Shown: positions 8,854 through 19,800 of the stretch, one piece after another
Numbering within the stretch: the stretch's first letter is position 1
Layout of the letters: the number at the start of each line of letters is the position of its first letter
Source of the DNA: a virus
Strand: one strand, 5' to 3'
DNA length: 64,000 bases
Virus record (IMG/VR): IMGVR_UViG_3300006104_000013
Location: 35,553 to 99,552 of that record
Notes under the pieces: model-generated
What the model was told of the DNA's origin: nothing
Databases searched by the model: none
Seen by the model: only the letters and a program-made list of their open reading frames with translations
Position numbers and translations under genes: made by a program

Positions 8854-11800
8854 ATGGGAAAAGGCGGCGGCAGCGGTGGCGGCACAAACACGGTATCTCA
8901 ATCGGCTCCGCCGACAGCGGTCCTTAACGCATACCAATCGATTAATAATCAGGCCCAGGCCCAAGCGTCTGCTCCGCTGAATCAGTATGCCGGAGCGACG
9001 ATCGCCGGGTTCACCCCGCAGCAAATGCAGGGGTATCAGACCACACAGCAAGATCAGGGCGTCCAAAACCCCTATATCAACGCGGCTGCCCAGCTTTATG
9101 GCGACGTCGGCAACCAGATCAATGTACCCCAGTTCAGTGGGTATCAGGTCGGCCAGTATATGAGTCCGTACACCCAGAGCGTGGTGAATGCGACCGGTCA
9201 GCAGTTCGCAAATCAGAACGCCCAGCAAGATCAACAATTGCTCGGAAGCACGATTCAGCAAGGAGCCTTTGGTGGGGACCGCGAAGCGATCGCTCGGGCG
9301 GCACTGGCCGGACAGCAGCAGGTATCGCAGGCCCCGACGATTGCCGGACTCTACAATACCGGCTATGGCCAAGCCCTGAACGAGTTCAATAACCAGCAGA
9401 ACGTCAACGTCAACGCCCAGACGACGGGTGATTGGCTGGCGTCGAACGCCGCCGCCGGACTCTCTGGGCTTGGCAGCGCCGCCGCGAATGGGCTCTCCAC
9501 TCAGGCCGGAGCCCAGACTGCGGCCGGGGCACAGCAGCAGCAACTGAGCCAGGAACAACTCAACGTCCCATATCAGAACTTCGAGCAGGCCCAGGCATTC
9601 CCCTATCAACAGATCGGCTGGAATTCCAACATCGCCGAGTCGATGGGGGCTGGATCTGGCGGGACATCGACGACGTCGCAGCCGGGAGCATCTCTTGGTG
9701 CGACGATCGGCGCGTCAGCGATCGGTCTAGGCGGCATTGCCGGAGCCACTGGCGGCTTTGGTAACGGTGGCTGGCTCTATGATAACGGATCGAGTGCTGG
9801 CGGGCTATTGAATAGCGCAGGATCATCGATCGGCCAGGGATTGAGCAATATCGGCCTTGCAAAAGGTGGCGGGATTAAAGAATACCATGGGTTTGGCGGG
9901 ATGGCGGCGAGCGGCATCCCTGGCACCGGAAACGGCGACACGTCTGGATTCCTGGCTGATGGTGGTCGAGTCGGGCTGGCTGGTGGCGGCACAATGATGG
10001 CTGGCATGACCGGGCTCGGCAATATGAAGCAATACGGGACAAGCATGTCCACGAGTACCGGTCCTGGTCCAAGTGCAGGAGTCCAGCTCCAAAAGGCTGC
10101 CGGTGATATCGGGTCCATTAGAAATGCGTATGGTTTGGCCAATTCAATCTATCAAGGGGCAATCTCGAACCAGCTCGGACTTGACGCTGCCGGGAACGCC
10201 GTCGGTGCTGGATCTGCATGGACTGGAAGCACTGCTGGTTTGGGTGGGGCCAATATCGGCGAAGGCGTTGGACAGCTATCATCTGGGTTCACCAACATTG
10301 GTAGCTTCGGCGGGTCAGCGAGTGGCGTTGGAACCGCTGCCGAAGCGGCTGGAACTGCCGCAGAAACAGCCGGGACTGCGGCTGAAGCCGGAACAGCAGC
10401 GTCATCCATGGCTGGTGGTGCTGGAACTGTAAGCGAAGGGTTGGGTGAGTTCATCCCCCTTATTTTTGCGAAGGATGGCGGCCGGATTGGGCTGGCTGGT
10501 GGTGGATTGCCGACAACGCAGGGAACGACCGAGGACGGAGTGCCACAAGGTGGAACGGATGCAATCTCGCCGTTCATTCCGAACAACAGCAACCCGTTCA
10601 CCATCGTTGGGAAAAGCGCCTATGCCCCCCACGTCGGTGGCCACGGGGTCGGGATTCCTGCCCCACCGGCACCTACGCATCAAGACCCCATCAAGCAGGC
10701 AGTTGAAATGGCCAGCTCACTTGGGAAGGCGATCGGAAGCCAGAAAAATACTGGCGACGGCAAGCCGACTCCGGGAACACCGTGGAGCGGCAGCACAGCG
10801 AGTCTGACTGGGCAAAACACTGGCGATGGTGTCGCCCCTGGGTATGGCTCTCCCATGGGGGCACCGGGGCAGTCTCAGTTTACGAGCCCGGATCAACCGG
10901 CCCAGGGAGTTTCCCAAAATGCAGCCCCGGCGAACATGTCCAATGGATTTACGGGGCCGAGCACTCTCCCCGCCATTCCTGGCGTGAGCCAGACCTATAA
11001 AGAAGGCGGCCGGGTCGGACTCGCCAATGGCGGAAGCAACGCAGGCGTCAGCCAGGGGTGGAATGCCGGACAGGCACAAGGCGTTCAGACGCATGCTCCA
11101 GTGCAGCAGCAATATAGCGGATACCATCCCAGCATGGGATTCGGCGGTTGGGGAATGCCGCAATCTCAGCGGGGATACCAAATGCCGCAAGGCTATATGG
11201 GGTATCAAGCCCCAGCAGTTGGCGCGTCACCGTGGCTCTCTGGCTCTCTGGTGAACCAACGCGGAATCGCCATTCCGCAGCTTGAGACTGGTGGATATGG
11301 ACCTCAAGGGCAGAACCTGTATGGGTATGCGGCTCCGTCTAGGGCGAATTTGAATTCGTCTATGATGCAGAATTATGCAGCACCGAACACGGGAACTCTT
11401 CCGTATTACTCGACATCGTATGGTGTGCTGACCCCAGCATCGATCCACAATGGCGTTAGCCAGTACGCCTACAGCGCCCCGACAACAACATTGGTTGGCA
11501 AAGGGCAAAATGCCATTCCGCAACAGCCGATGAATGCAACGCCTTTTGGTGCTCCTGATGGGTCTACTGTCGGTCAGATTTCGCAGGCTGATATTTTTCG
11601 CGCCGAATTGAATGGAACAAGCGGTAACGCGAACCCGCTCGTCTATCAAAACGGAAATCCGATTGGTTGGCTCAACGGATCGAATTACCAGAAGGGCAAC
11701 CCTGGGCTTCAGGCGGACACGTCGCAATCCTCGTCTCCTGGCGGAAAGCTTTCTACCGGAGGCGCTGTTACGCCCTATGAGAAAATCCGTAAGAACCGTG

Positions 11801-13887
11801 ATACCGGAGGCTCGACCAATGCCGAACCGACTCCAGAACAACAGGTAACGGCAGGTCTTCAGAATGCCGGAGTCAAAGACGGCGACTCTCCGATGGTCCA
11901 AAATTACATGGACCAGTATAAGCAGATGCCGCTGAACCAGCTTTTGCAGATGGCCCAGCGCGTTCCCGCCGGGTCGGCGCAAGGGGCAATGATCCAGCAA
12001 GCTATTCTGATGCAGAAAATGAGGCCACAGCAGGCCCCGCAACCAGTTCAGCCCGGCCTTGCCGCAGCCATGGGGCCGCAAGCGCAGCAGCTCCGCACTG
12101 GTGGCCGCGCTGGATTCGCTCCGGGTGGACTGACAAAGCTTCCGTCGAGTGACGCCGTAGCTGATCTTGGAACTTTGCCGACGAGCGATCTGGTCGCTAA
12201 TGGGCAACAGGATCAGACTGTTCAACCGTCGCCGCAGCCATTTGTGCCAGCAACCGCCGATATGGCCGCCGGGTTATCCCGTCCGACTGTTGATTCCACA
12301 GAAAAAGCCGCCAAAGCCGCTCTTGTTGACCCTCGTGTCAACAAGGAAAAGGCTATTGCAACTGGAATTGCCCTAGGTTCTGCGAAGGAAGCTCAAGCTG
12401 AACAAGACGCCAAAGCGCCCTTGACGCCGAAGCCGTCAGCCCCGGTAAATCCAAATCAAACGGTATGGGATGCTCTCGGCCTTCCGAAGATCGGGACTGA
12501 CGAACCGGAGAGCACTGCGAGCAAGGCGATGGCTAATCCCCCTGTGCAGCCGCCATCCCCTCCTGCTAAATCTGGTCTTGGAGCGCCGCAGCAAACGTCG
12601 GCGGAATATGACCCCATGGCTGAAGACCGGGCGCGCGGGGTATATAAGATGCAAGATCCGGCCATCGATCGTATTGGGCATTTCCTGAAGGATTCATTGG
12701 GGCGCATTTATGGCGTTCCTGGTGCATCACCAGAATCTTCACCGACTCCGAGCCAGAAGGCATTGGCGCAAACAGCCCCAGTGCCTGCATCGACTGCTCC
12801 TGCGCCTAAAGCAGATTCACAACCGGCCCCAGCACCTCAACCTGGGCTCGGCCAAAAGGTTGACCCGACTCATTTGACGTTGGCGAATGGCCCAGCTTCG
12901 GCTACGGCCAAGAAAGATGTCTCTGGACTTAAGAAAGCTTCGCCGCAAGAAGTGGCAAAAGTGAACGCTGTCGATGCCGACAAGGTAAAGGTGGAGTCAT
13001 CTCCGACCACATCGACGTCAACGCCGCCGCCGATCCATCCGCTTGACTATACACCCGACAACCACACCGTTAACGCTAAGGACATGTACGACAAGTATGG
13101 ATCAAACGATCCTTTGTGGAGCGGGTTGCTGTCAGCCGCCGCCGCGATGGCCAACACCCATGGCGGAAGCCTACCTGCTGCAATTGGCCAGGGGGCTGTC
13201 TCCGGACTGGGTGCGTACAATAACCAGATGGCGGCCTATGCCCAGCAGGCCAAGGATGCGAACGACGCGACGGATAAGAAGAACCAAACCGCGTTGCGCG
13301 TGGCTGAAGCCAACCAAAAAACAGATATCGATAATACGACCGCAGCCCAACAGCAGCAGCGGATCGATATCGAAAAGGCAACACAAATCGAAACGGCGAA
13401 GAAGAACGCCGCCGAAATGAACAAACCTCAGATCGTCAATGTTGGGCAAGGTCTCGCCTTGGTAGTTCATCCAGATGGAACGTCTCAGACAGTGCGAGCT
13501 CAAGGATACGATACCAGCTTGGATAAAAGTGGAGGCAAAGATGCAACAACAGCCCTGATTACGACGGCGAACTACCTGAAGGCAGCCGATCAGAACTCAG
13601 GAAAGCCAATGAAATCAGACGATGAATATCTCCAGAGAGCCGCCATTCTCCAAGGGCATAAGCAGCCAGCTCCAGGCATGACGCTTGCTCAGGCGAACAC
13701 GGCCGCTCAGAAGGAAATTGATTCCGGTCTCGCGGTTAGCCCCGATGGAAAAGCTTTAAAAGGAGCTGATAGACTCGCGTGGAAAAAGAACAGAGTCGCT
13801 GAATTGACCGCATCGTCCTCGCCAGTTTCAACTCCGTCTGGTACAAACCAACCGACAAAGACCATCAGCTTCAGCGATTGGAAATAG
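8854..13887 (+). CDS. internal virion / DNA ejection protein
   Basis: 1677 aa, MGKGGG start, Q/G/A-rich, YMSPYTQSV and GAFGGDR motifs; many xxxGG motifs. Confidence 0.7.
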   Translation: MGKGGGSGGGTNTVSQSAPPTAVLNAYQSINNQAQAQASAPLNQYAGATIAGFTPQQMQGYQTTQQDQGVQNPYINAAAQLYGDVGNQINVPQFSGYQVGQYMSPYTQSVVNATGQQFANQNAQQDQQLLGSTIQQGAFGGDREAIARAALAGQQQVSQAPTIAGLYNTGYGQALNEFNNQQNVNVNAQTTGDWLASNAAAGLSGLGSAAANGLSTQAGAQTAAGAQQQQLSQEQLNVPYQNFEQAQAFPYQQIGWNSNIAESMGAGSGGTSTTSQPGASLGATIGASAIGLGGIAGATGGFGNGGWLYDNGSSAGGLLNSAGSSIGQGLSNIGLAKGGGIKEYHGFGGMAASGIPGTGNGDTSGFLADGGRVGLAGGGTMMAGMTGLGNMKQYGTSMSTSTGPGPSAGVQLQKAAGDIGSIRNAYGLANSIYQGAISNQLGLDAAGNAVGAGSAWTGSTAGLGGANIGEGVGQLSSGFTNIGSFGGSASGVGTAAEAAGTAAETAGTAAEAGTAASSMAGGAGTVSEGLGEFIPLIFAKDGGRIGLAGGGLPTTQGTTEDGVPQGGTDAISPFIPNNSNPFTIVGKSAYAPHVGGHGVGIPAPPAPTHQDPIKQAVEMASSLGKAIGSQKNTGDGKPTPGTPWSGSTASLTGQNTGDGVAPGYGSPMGAPGQSQFTSPDQPAQGVSQNAAPANMSNGFTGPSTLPAIPGVSQTYKEGGRVGLANGGSNAGVSQGWNAGQAQGVQTHAPVQQQYSGYHPSMGFGGWGMPQSQRGYQMPQGYMGYQAPAVGASPWLSGSLVNQRGIAIPQLETGGYGPQGQNLYGYAAPSRANLNSSMMQNYAAPNTGTLPYYSTSYGVLTPASIHNGVSQYAYSAPTTTLVGKGQNAIPQQPMNATPFGAPDGSTVGQISQADIFRAELNGTSGNANPLVYQNGNPIGWLNGSNYQKGNPGLQADTSQSSSPGGKLSTGGAVTPYEKIRKNRDTGGSTNAEPTPEQQVTAGLQNAGVKDGDSPMVQNYMDQYKQMPLNQLLQMAQRVPAGSAQGAMIQQAILMQKMRPQQAPQPVQPGLAAAMGPQAQQLRTGGRAGFAPGGLTKLPSSDAVADLGTLPTSDLVANGQQDQTVQPSPQPFVPATADMAAGLSRPTVDSTEKAAKAALVDPRVNKEKAIATGIALGSAKEAQAEQDAKAPLTPKPSAPVNPNQTVWDALGLPKIGTDEPESTASKAMANPPVQPPSPPAKSGLGAPQQTSAEYDPMAEDRARGVYKMQDPAIDRIGHFLKDSLGRIYGVPGASPESSPTPSQKALAQTAPVPASTAPAPKADSQPAPAPQPGLGQKVDPTHLTLANGPASATAKKDVSGLKKASPQEVAKVNAVDADKVKVESSPTTSTSTPPPIHPLDYTPDNHTVNAKDMYDKYGSNDPLWSGLLSAAAAMANTHGGSLPAAIGQGAVSGLGAYNNQMAAYAQQAKDANDATDKKNQTALRVAEANQKTDIDNTTAAQQQQRIDIEKATQIETAKKNAAEMNKPQIVNVGQGLALVVHPDGTSQTVRAQGYDTSLDKSGGKDATTALITTANYLKAADQNSGKPMKSDDEYLQRAAILQGHKQPAPGMTLAQANTAAQKEIDSGLAVSPDGKALKGADRLAWKKNRVAELTASSSPVSTPSGTNQPTKTISFSDWK

Positions 13888-13889
13888 AC

Positions 13890-16800
13890 ATGGATGTCAC
13901 AATGCCGGACGGTACTGTTGTTAACAACGTGCCTGATGATATGAGTAAATCCGACTTTGTCGCTAAAGCTAAAGCAAATGGGGCATGGAATCCTTCCTGG
14001 GATGCCCCGCAGAAATCGCAGAATCCAGGCAGTGATGATCAGCCGGGAATCCTCGAATCTGGCCTCAAAGGATTTGCCAAGGGCGTTATCGGATCGGCCA
14101 AGAGTCTGAAGACGACGGCTGTCGGTGACGCCCTGCATCCTGAGAATGACGCCCCAGAGGGTGAGCCGGACTCTGTCGATAAGTTGATGGCCGATCCTAA
14201 CTGGTGGCACCATGGCGCTGGCTGGGCGGCAAAGATCGGCGCTGGCCTCGGCGGCGTTGCTCCCGGCATGGGTGCAGCAGCACTTGCCTCCGCCCCGTTC
14301 GGCGGACCAGAAGACCCTCTCGGCGCGGCCGCTGGTACGGCGGCATGGGCCGGTGTTTCGGCTATGCAGGAATTGCCTGAAGCGTATCGGAGGAACCTCA
14401 AGAACGGGGATGACGCTGAAACGGCCTATAACAAGGCATGGAAGGACTCTGGGATCGCTGCGGCCACGGGCGCACTGATGAATATCGTTCCTGGCATGAA
14501 GGCATTTAAAGGCGCGGCAGATGCGACCGGAAAAATCTCTGCCGACGAAGCGGCAAAAGCCTATCTGAAAAATCTGGTGTTCCATACCTTTGGAACCGGC
14601 CCGGCCATGGGCGCGGCCCAAGACATTGCCCAAAGCGAGGTCGATACCGGAAAGGCCCCCGATGCCCAGGATCTGGCGCTGAATGCTGCTGTCATGGGTC
14701 TTACCGGCGGCGTTCAGGCGGCCATTCATCATGGTGTCGCCAAGGTGTTGCCTCAAAAAGCGGCAACAGAAGGGACCCCCAACAAGGAAGTCCCGCCACC
14801 TGCCACGACCGGTCACTATGTTGAACCGACTGTCACCGGTGGATTCCAGGTTTTTGGTCCGGACCAGCAGCCGGTTGCAAATGGATTGCACAAAACTGAA
14901 GACCTTGCAGCAGCCCATGCGAACAGCCTGAACGCGGCCGCCACAGAACCGGCCAATACACCAGTCGATCAAGCGGCAGCAGTCCAGCGGCAGGGGGATC
15001 AACAGCTCGAAGGGGCTTTGGCGCAAGAGACGGGGGACGAGCTTCCTCCCGACGTGCCGCCTGCCGTCCCAAATGGGCCGTCCCTTTCCGGTCTGAACAA
15101 GCCGAAAGAACCAACCGCAACAGGTGGTGACGAACAACAAACCGTCAGCGAGCCCAATGCGACTCTCTTGCACCAGCAAAAGCAGTTGCAGGACGGACTC
15201 CGCCCAGCCCAGTATTTCCCGAACGAAACGACTCCTCTACCTCTTCCAGATGGCATGCAGGAAGTAAAGACGGATCGCGGTGTATTCCATATCAACCCGA
15301 AGCTGACATCAGAGGAAGAAGTCCATCAGAAAGCGGCGGAAGGTCGAATCGGTGATCTGCTGAACCTCGGTCCCTACAATAAAGATGACATCAACAATCG
15401 TGTTGCCACCGGTGAGCAGCCGGTAGCCGTGACCGAACGTACGCCGGATGGGACCGAAGTCCGTGCCGCGCATGGAACGGGTCAGACGGCAGCCGAGCAG
15501 GCAGCTTATTTTGAACAGACCAAAACCCCTGGAAACACGATTGCCGTAGAACATCCGCTTGAAACGGTTGCGAAGCGCATCGAAAACGCCCAGGCAGCCC
15601 CCCCTGCCGAAAGCGAGTCGCCTCAGACCCCCGCCGCCCCCTCGGTGGAGTCTGGGGCGACGCCCCCCATTGACGAAAAGACTCCGGGAACGCGCAAAAA
15701 CCCGATCGACGTCAAGACGGCAGAAGATCTTCGCGCCGCAGAGGAAAACATTGATCACGAGCCGACTCCGGCTCAGAAAACGGCGTCGAATTACGAGCAC
15801 GGCCATATCCGCCTGCATGGACTCGATATTGGCCTAGAAAATGGTAAGGGCAGCAAGCGCACTGGCATCGGCGAAGATGGCCGCAAATGGACGGCGGCAA
15901 TGAAGGCGGCCTATGGCTACGTCAAAGGGACCATCGGCAAGGACAAGGACCATGTGGATGCTTTTATCGGCGACCATGTGGAGTCCGACAAGGCGTTCAT
16001 CATCGATCAAAAGAACTTGGCCACCGGTGAATTCGACGAGCACAAGGTCGTCCTTGGCGCACGGGATGAAGCGGAGGCCCACAAAATCTATGATGGGAGC
16101 TTTTCGGACGAGGAAGGTCCAGCCCGGCGCATGGCCACGACCGAAGTTCCCATCCATGATCTGAAAGAGTGGCTGGCCAATAAGTCGAAAACTCAGGAAG
16201 AAGCCGCTCCGCACTTCGCAGAAAAGGCCGAGATCGAGGCCGCAAAGGAAAAACTGAAGGCGGCGATATCTCGACATCCGGCTTCGACGATCTTTAAAAT
16301 TAAGGATGCGATCGCCGCTACAGGTCTCGATTCGGCGACAGCTCGATCCTTGCTGAAAGAGGTCGCCGAAGAGGCAGGACTGGAGAATAAAAGCGGGTCT
16401 TTCTTCACGTCAAAAGCCGGGGAAAAGTTGTCCGCCTTTTCCGCTGTTCCGAACCCACCGCGTCGTCTCAGCACTTGGATCAAATCCAAAGGCGGCATCA
16501 AAAATGAGGGGGAAGAGCTGACGAATGCCATTAGGCAGCGCCCAGGACTTGTGAACAACAAGACTGGAATGACGCACGAAGATGCTGCTTTGGCGGCATG
16601 GCAGGCAGGATATTTCCCCGAACACGGCAGCCCCAAGGAAGACGGGACTCCTCCAGATATTTCCGCCTTTCTCAAGCGCCTCGATGAAGACATCAGGGGA
16701 AATAAGCAGTTTTCCGAGCATGACACGGAAGAGCTTGAAGCGTTTAACGATGCAATCTCCCGCAACGAGGAAATCTCAAAGCTTGCCGACGAGCATGATA

Positions 16801-19800
16801 TTCCAACTAGCGGGTTAACACAGGCGGAGTTTTATGATAAGCTCCGTGAATCAATGTCGTTGCGGGATATGGCTCGTCTCCAAAAGGAACAAGAGGATTC
16901 GCATCTGGCGGCGATGGCCGAGGCTGAAGCTAGGCAGAAAGAATGGATGGATCAACGGGGTGAAGCCTGGGAGCCCGATTGGGAGCCGAAGGGGCGACCC
17001 CGGACACTGAAGGATTTACAAGATGAGTATGAGCGAGAGGAGCTTGCTAGAAGGGCGTCTGAAGGCGAAGGCTCTCCTGACGCATCCGAGTCCGGAAGTT
17101 CGGACGCAAGCGAAGAAGGCGCTGGATCACGCGAACGTAGCTCTGGGGATCAGGGCGGCAATGAAGACCTCCGAAACAAAAGCATCGGAGACGCCATCGG
17201 ATTAACGTCTGAAGCGATTGCAGCAGCGGATAAAGCCGCCAAAGCAGAGGCAGACAAGGCATCAAAACTAGAGCAGCACAAGCTGGAGAAATCCCAGTCT
17301 AAACTGCGGAAGAGTGGGCAAAAGAGCGCAGAGTCGCAGAAGGACGGGTTGTTTGCAAAGGCTGCTGAAGGCGACCAAGGGGACCTCTTAAGCCAGCCGA
17401 AGCCAAAAGCGGAATGGGGAAGTGCCAATAAGCTCGTTTCTACAGAACGTGCAGAAGCGATCCGAGAGGCTCTCCGAGCAAAGATGCGGTCCCAGATCAG
17501 CTCAGGTCTTGACCCAGAGACGATCATGCTTGGAACCGAACTTGCCGTCTATCATATCGAAGCCGGGGCTCGGTCATTTGCTGATTTTGCAGGACGGATG
17601 ATCGCCGACTTAGGAGACAAGATCCGTCCGTTCTTAAAGATGTGGTATAACGCTGCGCGGGATTATCCCGGCATGGATGACACAGGAATGACCCCCTATG
17701 AGGAGGTCAGGAAGTTTGATCATAATGGAGAGTTCAATGTACCAGACCTATCCGGAGATTTGGAACGAGATAGCGGAAACGCAGAAATTGGCGACTCCGT
17801 GGGCAAACCGGATGTTCAATCTAAAGGGGATAGAGCAACACAAGGCTCTGGACGCGGAGACGAACGAGCTGAAGAAGGAAGGGTACGGCCTGACAGTGAT
17901 ATCGGCATTTCACCAGATGGCACCGCTTCTGTGGGAGAGGGTGGCGATAGCGAAGTTCAAGCAGAAGCATCCGGGGCTCGACAACGCGCTGCCGAACGTG
18001 GAGGACAGCCAGGAGGCTACGATGTTGGCGAGCATGGACCGGCCATTATCCACATTGGAGCAGAGTCAGTTGGTAAAACTGCTGGAGACTCCCCGGAATT
18101 AGCCAAAAAGGAAGCGGCACAGGCCAAGGCCAATAAGCTTGAGGTAAAGCCAGGACTGAACAATATCAGGGAAACCCTCCCGTACCTGCTGCCTGGGCAA
18201 CATGACGACATCCACAAGGCCGAACAGCGTTTCGCTAAACCAGACGGCCACGGTATGTTGTTCTCTAATGGCACCGGGACAGGTAAGACCTTTACTGGCG
18301 GTGGCATCATTGCTCGTTTCGTCCGTCAAGGAAAAGGCGACATCCTGATTGTCGCCCCGTCGCAAGGCATTGTGGCTGATTGGCAAAAAGCCCTGGCGAA
18401 AATTGGCATTGAATCCTCCGTTCTTGAATCGACGACAACCGCTGGGAAAGGTGTTGTTCTGGCGACGTATGCCAATCTTGGGGAAAACCGTCATTTGGCC
18501 GATCGCAACTGGCATTTAGTTGTTGCTGATGAGTCCCAGAAATTGATGGCCAATGAAAACGGGGAGCCAACGGGAGCCCTAAATCATTTTCGTGCGATCA
18601 CAAATCATCCAGATGGCCTTTCTACCAAGGCCAATATGCAATTGCGCGACTTGAATGACCGTCTTGACGAAGTGACTGCAATAGCGCAGGGAAAGAAGCC
18701 ACCGACTCCGGAAATGTCGCGGGAAAAAGCTTCCGAGCTAAGTTCTGAGTTGAATAGAGAACTTAACAAAAAACGTAACGACCTCATTGATAAGTTCAGC
18801 CAAGAACCGCGATCTAAAGCTGTCTTCCTTTCTGCCACGCCACTCCCTTACGTAAAAGCTATTGATTACGCAAATGGATACCTGTTCCACTATCCAAAGG
18901 TGGAAAAGACCGGAGCCTACAATCAGGCCGACGGACGAGGCCAGTTTCTGATGGAGAACTTCGGCTATCGGATGCGCACCGGAAAGTTGACCGAACCCGA
19001 TTCCAATGTCGATTCAGGGATCATGGAACGCGCCTTCCATGAGAAGCTCAAACGCGAAGGGTCTCTCTCCACCCGCCGTTTGGACGTCGATGCGGATTAC
19101 GATCGCAAATTCGTCCTCGTGAATGATGCCGTAGGCCATAAAATTGACTCTTTGATGGAATTCCTACGGGAAGCCGATAACGGCAAGTTTAGGCATATCG
19201 CCGAGATCGTGAATGAGAACTTCGACTATCTGAGCAGAATGCGGCTGCTTGAGGCGATCAAAGCCAATCATTTCGTGCCAATCATAAAAAAACATATCGA
19301 GATGGGGCGCAAGGTCGTCGTCTTCCATGATTATAATGAGGGCGGCGGTATGAATCCGTTCGACCTATCGAATGTGCCTAATGCGGAAGTTCCGCTGCGG
19401 GTCAACGGTAAGGACGAAATGGTGAATTTGCAGGATTTGGCCAGAGAGTTCCATGATCGGAATCCGGAAGCCAAGAAGATGGACTTCTCGCAGTTTAAGG
19501 CTCCTATCGAGACAATGCGGGACGCATTTCCTGCTGCCCTCTTTTATAACGGCAATGTCCCTGAAAAGGCCCGCGCTCAAGCTAAGATGTTGTTCAATCA
19601 AGATGGCAGCGGCCGAGACATCATCGTTGTCAATTCTGCCGCCGGTGAAGCCGGAATCAGCCTGCATGACACCACGGGCGCACATCAGCGTGTTCTGATC
19701 AATCTGGGGATGCCGATTAAGCCGACCACGGCCATTCAGGAAGAAGGCCGGATCTATCGCACCGGGCAGGTGACGGACGCTCTCTTCCGCTACGGAAACA

